The notes under the pieces were generated by a model. The model had not been told where the DNA came from, made no database searches, and was given only the letters and a program-made list of their open reading frames with translations. A stretch of 64,000 bases of DNA, from contig JAUCBJ010009036.1 of the NCBI GenBank assembly GCA_032718475.1, forward strand, positions 1-64,000. The letters are read 5' to 3'. Of this stretch, positions 42,201 to 52,688 are shown in pieces (the stretch's first letter is position 1; every line of letters starts with the position of its first letter). The translations under genes were made by a program, and so were the position numbers. The stretch comes from Nemertoderma westbladi. Taxonomy: Eukaryota; Animalia; Xenacoelomorpha.

Positions 42201-43575
42201 AATGTTGTTGCGACACCCGGCACTGTACCTAATGTTAATGTACCCAATGTTGCTGCGACACCCGGCATTGTACCTAATGTTAATGTACCCAATGTTGTCG
42301 CGACACCCGGAAAAGTACCTAATGTTAATGCTAAAGTAATTACTCATATCAACATGTTACCTGGCAACTCACTTCACCTTTGCATTATGAACCCCAGGTC
42401 AGCCCGAAACAAAAGCGCCGAGATTGTGGAATTCATTTCCAACAATAATATTGACATATGCGCGCTAACAGAAACCTGGTTCAGCGCTAACGATACAGTG
42501 GCAAAGAACCTTTGCGCTCCAAAGGGATACACTATCGATGACACCCGGCATTGTAGCTAATGTTAATGTACCCTGTGATAATGCTGTTGCGACACCCTGC
42601 ACTGTACCTAATGTTAATGTACCCTGTGTTAATGTTGTTGCGACACCCGGCACTGTACCGAATGTTAATGTACCCTGTGTTAATGTTGTTGCGACACCCG
42701 GCACTGTACCTAATGTAAATGTACCCAATGTTGTTGCGACACCCGGCATTGCACCTAATGTTAATGTACCCTGTGTTAATGTTGTTGCGACACCCGGCAC
42801 TGTACCTAATGTTAATGTTGTTGCGACACGCGGCAATGTACCTAATGTTAATGTACCCAATGTTATTGTTGTTGCGACACTCGGCACTGTACCTAATGTT
42901 AATGTACCCAATGTTGTTGCGACACCCGGCACTGTACCTAATGTGAATGTACCAAATGCTATTGTTGTTGCGACACCCGGCATTGTAGCTAATGTTAATG
43001 TACCCTGTGATAATGTTGATGCGACACCCGGCACTGTACCTACTGTTAATGTACCCAATGTTGTTGCGACACTCGGCACTGTACCTAATGTTAATGTACC
43101 CAATGTTGTTGCGACACCCGGCACTGTACCTAATGTGAATGTACCAAATGCTATTGTTGTTGCGACACCCGGCATTGTACCTAATGTTAATGTACCCTGT
43201 GCTAATGTTGATGCGACACCCGGCACTGTACCTACTGTTAATGTACCCAATGTTGTTGCGACACCCGGCAATGTACCTAATGTTAATGTACCCAATGTTG
43301 TTGCGACACCCGGCACTGTTCCTACTGTTAATGTACCCTGAGTTAATGTTGATGCGACACCCGGCACTGTACCTACTGTTAATGTACCCAATGTTGTGGC
43401 GACACCCGGCACTGTACCTAACGTGAATGTACCAAATGCTACTGTTGTTGCGACACCCGGCACTGTACCTAATGTTAATGTACCCTGTGTTAATGTTGTT
43501 GCGACACCCGGCACTGTACCTAATGTTAATGTACCAAATGCTGTTGCGACACCCGGCACTGTACCTAATGTTAAT
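39270..43575 (+). repeat. Coding minisatellite, units of 36-51 bp (all multiples of 3), encoding (ATPGTVPNVNVPNVV)n
   Basis: ORF 39177-41954, then one TGA, then 42009-42540 in the same frame running into the APE domain. Interrupted once by the duplicated APE start (42330-42543). Confidence 0.95.
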
Positions 43576-44637
43576 GCTAAAGTAATTACTCAAATCAACA
43601 TGTTACCTGGCAACTCACTTCACCTTTGCATTATGAACCCCAGGTCAGCCCGAAACAAAAGCGCCGAGATTGTGGAATTCATTTCCAACAATAATATTGA
43701 CATATGCGCGCTAACAGAAACCTGGTTCAGCGCTAACGATACAGTGGCAAAGAACCTTTGCGCTCCAAAGGGATACACTATCGATGACTCACCACGGCTT
43801 AACCGCCCTGGTGGAGGCACCGGTGTAATTCTAAAAGACTCATTACACTACACACTGCACAGCACTAACGAAAATAGCTCATTCGAATACTCAGTATGGT
43901 CAATTAAATCTTCTAACACCAAACTATGTTTGGTCGTTATCTACCGCCCACCATATAGTACAGCTCATCCCATTACATGCTTAACGTTTTTTGACGAATT
44001 CCCGAAATTCATCGAACCATGGCTTTGCTGTGAGGAGCGACTAATTGTGGTAGGTGACTTTAATATACATGTTGACATAGAAGATAATTACAATGCATCT
44101 AAGTTTTTGGACATTCTTGACAGTATAGGCTTACAACAACACGTTTCCATCCCAACCCACGAATCCGGACACACACTTGACCTAATAATGACTAGAAATT
44201 GCGGCGATTAGACTGTAAGTCCACCGACCGGATCGTATTACGTTTCCGATCACTGTGTGGTGCAATGCCTCATTTCTATACCGAAGCCCCAATCTATTCC
44301 TAAAACTATTCAATTTCGAAATATAGGGTCAGTAGTAGTTGACGATTTGAACAGGGATATATGCAACTCAGATCTCTGTAAACCATCATTTACCGCTCTC
44401 AACATTGATGAACAGGCATTAACCTACAATAAAACGCTTTCTGCATTGATTGACAAACACGCCCCAATAAAGACCAAATCAATTACTGAACGCTCTGGTC
44501 CAAAATGGTTCACCGGGAACGCTAGGAAACTGAAGTCCCAACGCCGGACTGCTGAACGGCGTTGGCGGCAATCGAAATCACCGACTGATATGGCGGAATT
44601 CAAACGAATTAGGAAACTTTTACCGGGGCGAGATTGA
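43396..44637 (+). pseudogene. L2 ORF2 apurinic-like endonuclease region (in-frame TAG at 44209, frameshift near 44620)
   Basis: APE motifs as above. ORFs 43396-44211 and 44257-44637 share a frame. Confidence 0.9.
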
Positions 44638-44746
44638 TGCATGTAATGGTGATCAGAAGGCGCTGTTCAGCCTGGTTAGGTCGCTTGCAAAGCAACATAA
44701 AAATATTACTTATCCCGCCCACAGCTCTCCTACCGAACTAGCCAAC

Positions 44747-46501
44747 ATGTTCGCTGACCACTTTGCTACAAAGATACAAATTATCAGAGATAATCTAGAC
44801 GAAATGAATTCGACTGGATCTGGAATACGCGATCCCCTTTGCAGCTTTGAACCAGACGGTACATTAAGCATTACCGAACCAGACAACTCTGTGGCCAGCG
44901 CGTCACTCTCATCCTTTAAAGTACTGTCCACACCTAGCATTATAAAACTAATAAAATCTGCCCCAAATAAACAATGCCCTCTAGACCCATTACCTACAAG
45001 TACGCTAAAACATTGCATTTCAAGTCTTTGCACACCCATAACAATTATGACTAATAACTCTCTGCAGAGTGGTACAGTCCCAGATATTTGGAAAACAGCG
45101 CAGGTCTCCCCATTACTAAAAAAAGTTAGTCTTGACTCGACTCTGAAGTTTAACTTCCGACCTGTTAGCGGTTTGCCCTTCGTGTCAAAAATTGCAGAAA
45201 GAGCGGTGGTGTCGCAATTTCTCCCCTATATAAACGAACATCATCCCTTGCCAACCAACGAATCTGGATATCGAAAATTTCATAGCACAGAAACAGCACT
45301 GATTAAAGTCCAATCAGATATTCTTATAAACATGGATAAGAAAAAAGTGACATTTCTAGTATTTCTAGATCTCAGCTCCGCCTTCGACACCGTTGTTGAC
45401 CACGATCGCCTTCTGCGTGTGTTCGAATCTGACCTGGGAATTTGCGGCACATGTCTACGGTGGTTCTCATCCTTCCTCCGGGGGCGCCGCCAACACGTAA
45501 CAACTCTCGGTTCCAATTCCAGAGAACACGTATTGGAATACGGCTTCCCCCAGGGTGCATGCTTATCCTGTCACTATTTCAGTAATTTCGGGCGGGGTCT
45601 ATTTACTATCATTGAGAACCACTTGCCAATTGCCTTACATGGATATGCTGATGACAAACAAACATACCATGCGTTTCAGCCATCAAGTGAATCCAACGAA
45701 ACAGATGCATTACAAGCCCTCCAGAGATGTATTGCAGATATACGTAGGTGGTTTATTGTAAACAAACTTAAAATAAACGATGATAAAACCGAGTTTATAA
45801 TACTGGGAACACCTCAACAACTCTCTAAAGTATCTACACAATACCTAAACGTTGGTAACTTTAAAATACGCCCTGCAAAATTTGTAAAGAACCTCGGCAC
45901 ATGGTTCGATCCAAATCTCACCATGGGAAAATTCATATCCAAAACTTGTAATGCCGCGTTCTTCCACATCCATAACATTCGCCGTATCATCAACTTTCTT
46001 GACCAAAAGTCCGCTAAAACAGTTATACATTCACTTATTTCAAGTCGGATTGACTACTGTAACGGCCTCCTCTATGGGGTGTCTAGCTACCAACTAGCAA
46101 AATTGCAACGTGTGCAAAACTCGGCCGCCCGCCTACTAACTAGGGTTCACAAGTATGACCACATTACGCCGAGTCTCAAAGAATTACATTGGCTACCAGT
46201 GCGTAAACGCATTGAGTTTAAATTGCTTCTCCTTGTCCACAAGTCCACCTTAGGTCACGCACCACAGCACATATCTGACATGCTTGTCCGGGTCAATCGC
46301 AATAACAACACTACAAGGAATTGCTCTACACTCACTTTCGTTGAGCCGCGATTCAACTGTCAAACCCTAGGGCGCCGGGCATTCCCAGTAGCCGCCCCAC
46401 GACTCTGGAATAAACTCCCAAAAGATATCCGCTCGATTTCCGACACCACAATTTTTAAACAGCGACTCAAAACACATCTTTTTGAAATTGCATATAATTA
46501 A
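44747..46501 (+). CDS. L2 ORF2 reverse transcriptase portion (584 aa, open but detached from the APE frame)
   Basis: Complete set of RT motifs including YADD, plus the L2 C-terminal domain. Confidence 0.92.
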   Translation: MFADHFATKIQIIRDNLDEMNSTGSGIRDPLCSFEPDGTLSITEPDNSVASASLSSFKVLSTPSIIKLIKSAPNKQCPLDPLPTSTLKHCISSLCTPITIMTNNSLQSGTVPDIWKTAQVSPLLKKVSLDSTLKFNFRPVSGLPFVSKIAERAVVSQFLPYINEHHPLPTNESGYRKFHSTETALIKVQSDILINMDKKKVTFLVFLDLSSAFDTVVDHDRLLRVFESDLGICGTCLRWFSSFLRGRRQHVTTLGSNSREHVLEYGFPQGACLSCHYFSNFGRGLFTIIENHLPIALHGYADDKQTYHAFQPSSESNETDALQALQRCIADIRRWFIVNKLKINDDKTEFIILGTPQQLSKVSTQYLNVGNFKIRPAKFVKNLGTWFDPNLTMGKFISKTCNAAFFHIHNIRRIINFLDQKSAKTVIHSLISSRIDYCNGLLYGVSSYQLAKLQRVQNSAARLLTRVHKYDHITPSLKELHWLPVRKRIEFKLLLLVHKSTLGHAPQHISDMLVRVNRNNNTTRNCSTLTFVEPRFNCQTLGRRAFPVAAPRLWNKLPKDIRSISDTTIFKQRLKTHLFEIAYN

Positions 46502-47072
46502 ACTCCAAAACATGAACTCTCTAATTATTTTATCTAGATATTCAATCAACTCTCCAAAAACTGTAAACTTCTTTTAATTTGTTCTTCATGCGTTTTTTAG
46601 TGTTTCTGTTCATTTTATTACCCCATCGCTCGTTTTTATTGTTTCAGTACGTCCGTCAACTACACTTTTTAACTATGCTAATTAATTTTTTTATTACATA
46701 TTTTTTACTGTACGTTTCATTTACGGCGAGTATATATATCAATTTGTACTGTATGTTCCACTTTTTAACGATTGTAATAACTTTTAGTCATTTCGAACTG
46801 CACGTTTTATCGTTAGTGACGACTATAATTTTTTAATTTCTGTACTACTGTACTTGCACTGCTAGTTTTAATGTTATATTGCTTGTGACGTAAGCGCCTT
46901 AGCATACTTCTATTGTTGTAAATTCGGCGCTATACAAATGCATCATTATTATATTATTATAAATCACTCATGATGTACTTTTTTTGACTTTTTATGTCCT
47001 CCAGAAATTTACCGTTAGGTTCCATGCTACCGGGTTCTCTACTGTTTGTTCTCTCAGGCTATCAGTACCGGT

Positions 47073-48673
47073 TGTTGCCGTTATCCCAACACCAGGGGGG
47101 AAAAACGCCGATGCTGGAGACGTGACTTTACAGACCACTGAGCCCCGGCCAGTCACCGGATATTGATTTTGGAGAAGGAATGATTTCTGAGATGCAGGGT
47201 TGCGGTTGAGAAAAAGCTGCATTAGTTGGATATACTCTTTAATGTAACTGAACTCTGTTGAACCTTGTTGAACCCTGATTAAGAATAATTTTGGGCTTCC
47301 CCAAATCAATATACACCAAATATTCACAATAATTATACACGATAATATAAATCCCTACAGTATATTATTTAATTACCCACTGTTCGCTCAGATTTTAGCC
47401 TACCTAATGTTCCCCAGATTTTCCCTCGGTCCTAGTCTTAGTGCTGTAGTGTCGGTGTCGGTCGACCCTGTCGCGTGTCCGTTCCACCCCTCACGAACCC
47501 CGAAGGGAACGATCATCGAGAACCAGCACGGCTTGGCTAAGGGTCGGTCCAGTCGGTAGACTCTGTCGCGTATCCGTACCACCCCTCTCGAACCCCGAAG
47601 GGTTCGGTCATCGAGAACCAGTACGGCTTGGCTAGGAGTCTGTCGTGTCGGTGGACCCGTTCGCGTGTCCGTTCCACCCCTCACGAACCCCGAAGGGTTC
47701 GATCATCGAGAACCAGAACGGCTTGGCTAGGGGTCCGTCGTTTCATCACAGAAACCCAACCACCTAGGCTTTCCGAGTCCCTTTCAGGCTCGTAGTCGCT
47801 TCGGCAGCCGAGAAACTGCTCCGAACAGTCGGTAGGCCAGTAGAGTCTAGTCGAGTCTAGTCCTTTGTCTTTCGACCCCATCGCGTGTCCGTTCCACCCC
47901 TCACGAACCCCGAAGGGAACGATCATCGAGAACCAGTACGGCTTGGCTAAGGGGTCTGTCGTCGGTTCCCGTCGCAAATCCCAGTACAAGCAGTCAGCGT
48001 TCCGAGTTCTTTTCAGTCTCGTAGTAGCTGCCGTTGACCAGAGACCGCTAAGGGCAGTTCTCGTCAAACCCGTCCTGTGGCCAGCCCTTTCGCATGTCCG
48101 TCCCACCCCTCGCGAACCCCGAAGGGATCGGTCATCGAGAACCAGTACGGCTTAGCTCAGGGGGCAGTCGTTAGTTGGCCACCCGTTCGCGTGTCCGCTC
48201 CACCCCTCATGAACCCCGAAGGGAACGATCATCGAGAACCAGAACGGCTTGGCTACTAAGGGGCCGTCGTTTCCCGTCGCAAATCCCTGACACAAGCAGT
48301 CAGCGGTCCGAGTTCTTTTCAGTCTCGTAATGGCTGCTGTTGGCCAGGGACCGCTAAGGGCAGTCCTTGTCCTTTAGGCCTGGCGCATTACCAAATCCAC
48401 CCCTACAGGCAGCAGGAAGTTGGCCAGGGCCTAATAGTACTCAGGCTAACCTGAATACTGCTTGCATTTTCCATCCCCCCCTGGCCCTTATAACTATGAA
48501 ATTATTCCCGTACCCTGTAAGTTGCCCCAAAGTTCGCCCATAAATCGCCCCCAGTTTATTGAATGTGCCCAAAACCCATGGTCCCGCACCCAGTAGTAAT
48601 ATCGGAATAATCAATTTTAAATAAATACAAAAATATTCAACTCGCGTTATGGAAAGTTGAAATACCGCGAACA
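47073..48673 (-). repeat. 3' LTR (1601 bp)
   Basis: Direct repeat of 58452-60052 at offset 11379. About 11 substitutions counted by eye. Termini TGTT/AACA. Confidence 0.97.
47464..48265 (-). ncRNA. Array of six ~82-89-nt predicted kink-turn/cUUCGg hairpins inside the LTR (also 58843-59644)
   Basis: Copies at 47464-47545, 47558-47641, 47653-47736, 47874-47956, 48084-48165 and 48177-48265. Stems covary between copies, and the G.U pairs work only on the minus strand. Confidence 0.75.
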
Positions 48674-48683
48674 GTCCCCCCCA
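48674..48683 (-). other. Polypurine tract (GGGGGGGAC) abutting the 3' LTR
   Basis: Plus strand reads GTCCCCCCC immediately after the LTR end, which fixes the element orientation as minus. Confidence 0.85.
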
Positions 48684-48838
48684 ATGACCTTCGTGAAGTC
48701 TGTCGGTCGATTGAGTTTGCGTAGGTCATTCCCAATATAAAAAACCCAAATTTAATATTGCATAGTTTTTAATTAATTTGGCCTAGAGTTTGTATAAAAA
48801 TAAATGTTCGATAAATGTTCCTGGAATATCCCGATCCA

Positions 48839-51439
48839 CTATTTCTTTCTCTGATACGCCTTTCGTCTCTTCGCCCGTCGACTCTCATCGATCGCTATGG
48901 CTGGTAGAGGAGCGTCAACATCCATTGTGAGTAACGCTTCGGCTTGTCTCCTGGCGGCTCTTCCTTTCGAAGGCATAGGGATCATGTCAGTTCGTCTTTC
49001 CAACTCAGACTTGCGTGCCTCTAGGAACCATTCTCCGTCACCGAACTCCTCTTTATACGAGTATAATCGTCTAATGACTTCAAATGGACCGAATAATCCG
49101 GCGCTCAGTAGCAGATCCACGTAATGGAAAGGTAGCGTGGCCGACGTGTGGAGGCGTTCCGGGAAGGAGAAATATCCGCACGCCATCTCCTGCGCGATAT
49201 TCCGAGCGTTTCTCCGAACCTTGGTCTTTAAGTGGCTGTTTGCATATGTTTCAAACATGACCATATTTCCCATAGCGGTAACGTCTTTGGTTGGACATTT
49301 GATATAGCAGCGGGGGCTAGAGGAATGTCCACGGAAACTGCACGTGGTGCAGAGGTTATAAAGGATCGGGCAGACGGAAACGTCGTGGCCCGATGTCGCG
49401 CAGTATGGGCAATAGAGTATCCCGAGGAGCTGGAGGCATGAATCGGTAACCCGATTCCTTCTGCCGCGTGGGCACTGCTCCGAACCACAGTCGCCGCATA
49501 CCTCCAACTGCATCTCTCGACCAGGAAATATCGGAATCGGGACGCCGACGTGATACTCGAGTCGTCGGTCGCTCTTCGGAATATTCTCGGTGGTCGGTAG
49601 CCCGCGGAATGCTAGGCTTTTGCGTAGTAGGTTCTCGCTCCGATAACCTTCTTTGTGTCCCGCTGGTCTTAACTCGGATGACCGTTTCTGGCGGTGGATC
49701 CATTCAGTTTGCTCGGCGTACCAACGGGTTAGTCGCATAGGGTCCTGAGGAACGGCGGGTGTAGTAGCCACCGCTGGTCGGCGAAGAGGTGCCGGGGTTT
49801 TAGACGGAGGGATACCGAGGAGATCGTCGGGGGTCGGCGCATCGCTGGGGCCCTCCTCGATCAGTATCGCTGCGCGGGTCCGTTGGTGGCTGGTACTCGG
49901 AATCTCCGACGACCAATCTTCGCCACCCGGGAAAGGATACGGGGATAGCCGTTGGCATATGTCGCCGAAGTCGCTCAATGCAGCTGTAGTGGCTACCTCC
50001 CTCGCGGGGCTACCGGAGCCGCGTGGGGTGTAAACGCCTGCTCTCTTCATCGGTTCGGCCGAGGCAACCCGTTTGGCGGCCGGTCCATATGCGGCCTCCG
50101 GCTCGAGTTGTCGCTTCGGGGTGGAGAGTAGAACACCCTCGTTTAGCCATATCTCTTCCCCTTCCGAAAAGATCAGAGGCTCCTCCGCACCGAGAAGTTC
50201 GGTAATCGTAGGGATGTCGTAAGGTCCGCTCTCGTCCCAGGAATCGATAACGGTGAGCGTTTTAGTCTCTCCTGGTGCGATGTTCTCGACCGCTTTGAAC
50301 GCGTGGTGTATGACTTCGTTCCAGTCGTAGTCGACGAAGGAAAGGGGGACCGCCGTAATAAGGTTATCGAGAGTTTTACAGATAAACTTAGCGACGGTGT
50401 AGCATTCCATAACGACGTAAACATAGTTCCGTCGATCGGGATTCTCCCACCTTTGGTGTATCGTCCACTTCCGATCAACGTCCTTCCATCGACCCTCTTG
50501 CTCGCTCTTTATTTCCAATCCCGGGTATCCACCATATATTTTATTATAGTCCCGGAATTTCTGGGGTTTGAAGTCGATACCGCCGTTTAGCACAGCGAGG
50601 TAGCCGATCCCGGATTTCGTCGGTCTCACCTCTTGGAATCCTCGCATGAACTCGGCGAATCGTAACCAGGCTAGTAGCGTTTGAGTGTCGATGCAATGAC
50701 TAAGGGCGTTGAGGTCGTCTCGTCGGTTTCTTCCTGCAGGAGCGTTCGCGTAGTCGTTCCGGACGTCCGCCTTGATATCCGACCCGATTTTAATGACGTC
50801 GAAGTCGAAGAGGATCTTTTGGATTTCCGGAGGCAGCAACCAGATCGCTCCGGCTGCCTGCACTTCCTGTCTGGGTGTCGGGAATATTCGGCACACCAGT
50901 ACCAAACCGTCCAGGGTTCCGAGGACGACGACTAGGGATCGACCGTATTCTTTCACCCCGTACTTTTCCTGGTAGTCGTCTCGGTTCTGGATAATCGATA
51001 CGCGTTCCTCTCGAAGCGTCGCCGTACACTCCGACAGGTTTCCCCAGTGGGCGAGGTACGTACTCTTGTCGTCGACGAAACTTTGACATCTCGCCAACGT
51101 AATCGCTTTCGAGGTAGGCGTCGCGTTTCCCTCGTTGTCGTAGATCAAACATCGGGATCTGTAGACGCTCTGCCAGAACGTTTCCCAAAACGACGAATCG
51201 TCCCCTCCGGTTGCCTTTGCGTTCCGAGTTCTTTTCAGTCTCGTACTAGCATCGGCTAACCGGAGGGCTCGTAGATTCTTAGAATCCAGTCCCTCTCGCC
51301 CGGTGAATTTAATGACTCGCACGTTCTCATTTAGCAGGGTGCTCCAATTTGTATCAAAGTCAGGGGATCCAGGTTGCGAATATTCCAGTAGATCTATCGT
51401 GTTACGTAATTCGCCGATAATTTGGCGATTTGGGTCCAT
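48839..51439 (-). CDS. Accessory 866-aa protein: DEDDy (WRN/EXD/RNase D-like) 3'-5' exonuclease-like domain, Pro-rich linker, CCHC zinc knuckles, basic tail
   Basis: ExoI-like LIYDNEG (D101, E103); ExoII-like LPPEIQKILFDFDVIKIGSDIKAD (D225); CIDTQ; SGIGYLA; ExoIII-like W....RRNYVYVVME (Y341, E345). Knuckles CPYCATSGHDVSVC (C-X2-C-X4-H-X4-C) and CTTCSFRGHSSSPRC. Uninterrupted ORF. Confidence 0.8.
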   Translation of the reverse strand: MDPNRQIIGELRNTIDLLEYSQPGSPDFDTNWSTLLNENVRVIKFTGREGLDSKNLRALRLADASTRLKRTRNAKATGGDDSSFWETFWQSVYRSRCLIYDNEGNATPTSKAITLARCQSFVDDKSTYLAHWGNLSECTATLREERVSIIQNRDDYQEKYGVKEYGRSLVVVLGTLDGLVLVCRIFPTPRQEVQAAGAIWLLPPEIQKILFDFDVIKIGSDIKADVRNDYANAPAGRNRRDDLNALSHCIDTQTLLAWLRFAEFMRGFQEVRPTKSGIGYLAVLNGGIDFKPQKFRDYNKIYGGYPGLEIKSEQEGRWKDVDRKWTIHQRWENPDRRNYVYVVMECYTVAKFICKTLDNLITAVPLSFVDYDWNEVIHHAFKAVENIAPGETKTLTVIDSWDESGPYDIPTITELLGAEEPLIFSEGEEIWLNEGVLLSTPKRQLEPEAAYGPAAKRVASAEPMKRAGVYTPRGSGSPAREVATTAALSDFGDICQRLSPYPFPGGEDWSSEIPSTSHQRTRAAILIEEGPSDAPTPDDLLGIPPSKTPAPLRRPAVATTPAVPQDPMRLTRWYAEQTEWIHRQKRSSELRPAGHKEGYRSENLLRKSLAFRGLPTTENIPKSDRRLEYHVGVPIPIFPGREMQLEVCGDCGSEQCPRGRRNRVTDSCLQLLGILYCPYCATSGHDVSVCPILYNLCTTCSFRGHSSSPRCYIKCPTKDVTAMGNMVMFETYANSHLKTKVRRNARNIAQEMACGYFSFPERLHTSATLPFHYVDLLLSAGLFGPFEVIRRLYSYKEEFGDGEWFLEARKSELERRTDMIPMPSKGRAARRQAEALLTMDVDAPLPAIAIDESRRAKRRKAYQRKK

Positions 51440-51998
51440 ATTTACGATTATATCCGTTACAAATTAGATCAGTTAATTATAAGTCCAGAAAGTCTGAAAC
51501 TATAGCGATAGCAGAATAATTCAGTTTTTTTTATTTAATTCAGTTTATTAAATAATATTGCTATATAGACATCTATCATCTTATTGCTAATACATTCAGC
51601 ATTTACAGTTACTATAGCTATACATTAATATCCAACCAGTTTTTTATGACTTTTTTGTCCTTTTCTTTATTCTAATTCTTTTCTTTAGACTTTTTTATAC
51701 CTTTTTTTTGTCTTTTTTCATTTCATTATTATTTCATCTCATTTCATTTATTTCCACATATATTTCATCATTTAGTTCCACCATTTATTCCACATTTATT
51801 TATTTCCACATCATCATTGGGTTTATAGCCCCCCGGCTATCATCATTGGTTATAAGCGCAGCACCAGGGTGCGCATCATTACATTTTCATCAGCATACGC
51901 GTCATCATTCAGGTTTATAGTAGAGTTGTCTGATCCTTTTCATCGTTTCCAACTATATTCAATCATTTTCTTTGGTTAATCTTTGTCGTGGAAGGGGT

Positions 51999-52409
51999 GT
52001 TACGCGGCAATCTGGGATCTACAGCTGGACTCGTTACACCGCCTACGCCCCAAACTGCGCACGTAACGGACAATGACGACGCTGGGAGTGAAGTCACGTG
52101 GATGCACCATGGACCCACCAGAATAACACTCCCAACAACATAAAGCTCAGTCGACGAAGTCATGTGGGATGGGGTTACGCAACATTCTGGGATCTACAGC
52201 TGGACTCGTTTTACCGCCTACGCCCCAAAATCCACGTAACGGTCCCACCAGAATAACGCGACTGAGAAACATAAAACCCTCTATCGTCGAAGTCATGTGG
52301 ATGCACCATGGACCCACCAGAATAACGGGATAGAGGGGGTGTTGCGCGGCAATCCGGGATCTACAGCTGGACTCGTTACACCGCCTACGCCCCGAACTGC
52401 GCACGCAAC
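51999..52409 (-). repeat. Three ~68-nt hairpin-forming repeats plus 2-3 copies of a ~38-bp linker repeat, between pol and the accessory ORF
   Basis: Copies at 51999-52067, 52174-52240 and 52341-52409 with compensatory substitutions in the stems. Confidence 0.8.
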
Positions 52410-52688
52410 GGACAACATAACATACTGCGATGAATACAATGAATTCCACTTCGAATCTTTTCCATTTCCAATAATCCAATATCGTAGGTCCTGATGACCA
52501 AAATCAGGGTAAACAATGCATAAACGACCCTGCGTCAGTCGAAACATCTGCAGGGTGATGCTGGACTCCACATAACACACGAGGAAACACAAATACCATT
52601 GCGTGGTTACAGTTGGTTTAAAGGGGGTCCATAATTCGTTGTCGATAAATCACAGTTTAAAGGAGTTTGTCAACATGATGAGAAGGGT

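Larger units (their letters stand above)
38900..46960 (+). mobile_element. L2-clade LINE (APE-RT ORF2), disrupted, with an expanded repetitive N-terminus; 5' boundary approximate
   Basis: APE motifs NPRSARNK, ALTETW, GGGTG, IYRPP, GDFNIH, GHTLDL, SDH. RT motifs FRPVSGLP, STETAL, LDLSSAFDTV, GFPQG, YADD, LHWLPV, APRLWNKLP. L2-type 3' stem-loop TAAGCGCC...GGCGCTATACAAAT followed by an (ATT)n tail. Confidence 0.93.

Noticed and set aside
39260-43593. Minus-strand 1010-aa Thr-rich ORF (antifreeze/beta-helix-like TxT pattern) and the other alternate-frame ORFs over this repeat
   Set aside because: By-products of a stop-poor repeat. They begin and end with the array, whereas the plus frame is continuous with the L2 endonuclease.
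46984-48259. Short ORFs within the LTRs (and their twins at 58290-60074)
   Set aside because: No domain motifs; they arise from GC-rich repeats whose constraint appears to be RNA structure.
47464-48265. Hammerhead ribozymes in the LTR repeats
   Set aside because: CUCGAUGA only resembles the CUGANGA core, and the required GAAA after stem II is absent. The geometry fits a kink-turn.
47464-48330. CRISPR-like repeat-spacer array in the LTR with 'spacers' matching gag and the accessory ORF
   Set aside because: The matching segments are variants of one shared hairpin motif in the same orientation, and spacer lengths are irregular. Better explained as dispersed cis RNA elements than as acquired guides.
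48839-51439. env gene
   Set aside because: No evident signal peptide or transmembrane anchor; the motifs are nuclease-like and zinc-knuckle-like.
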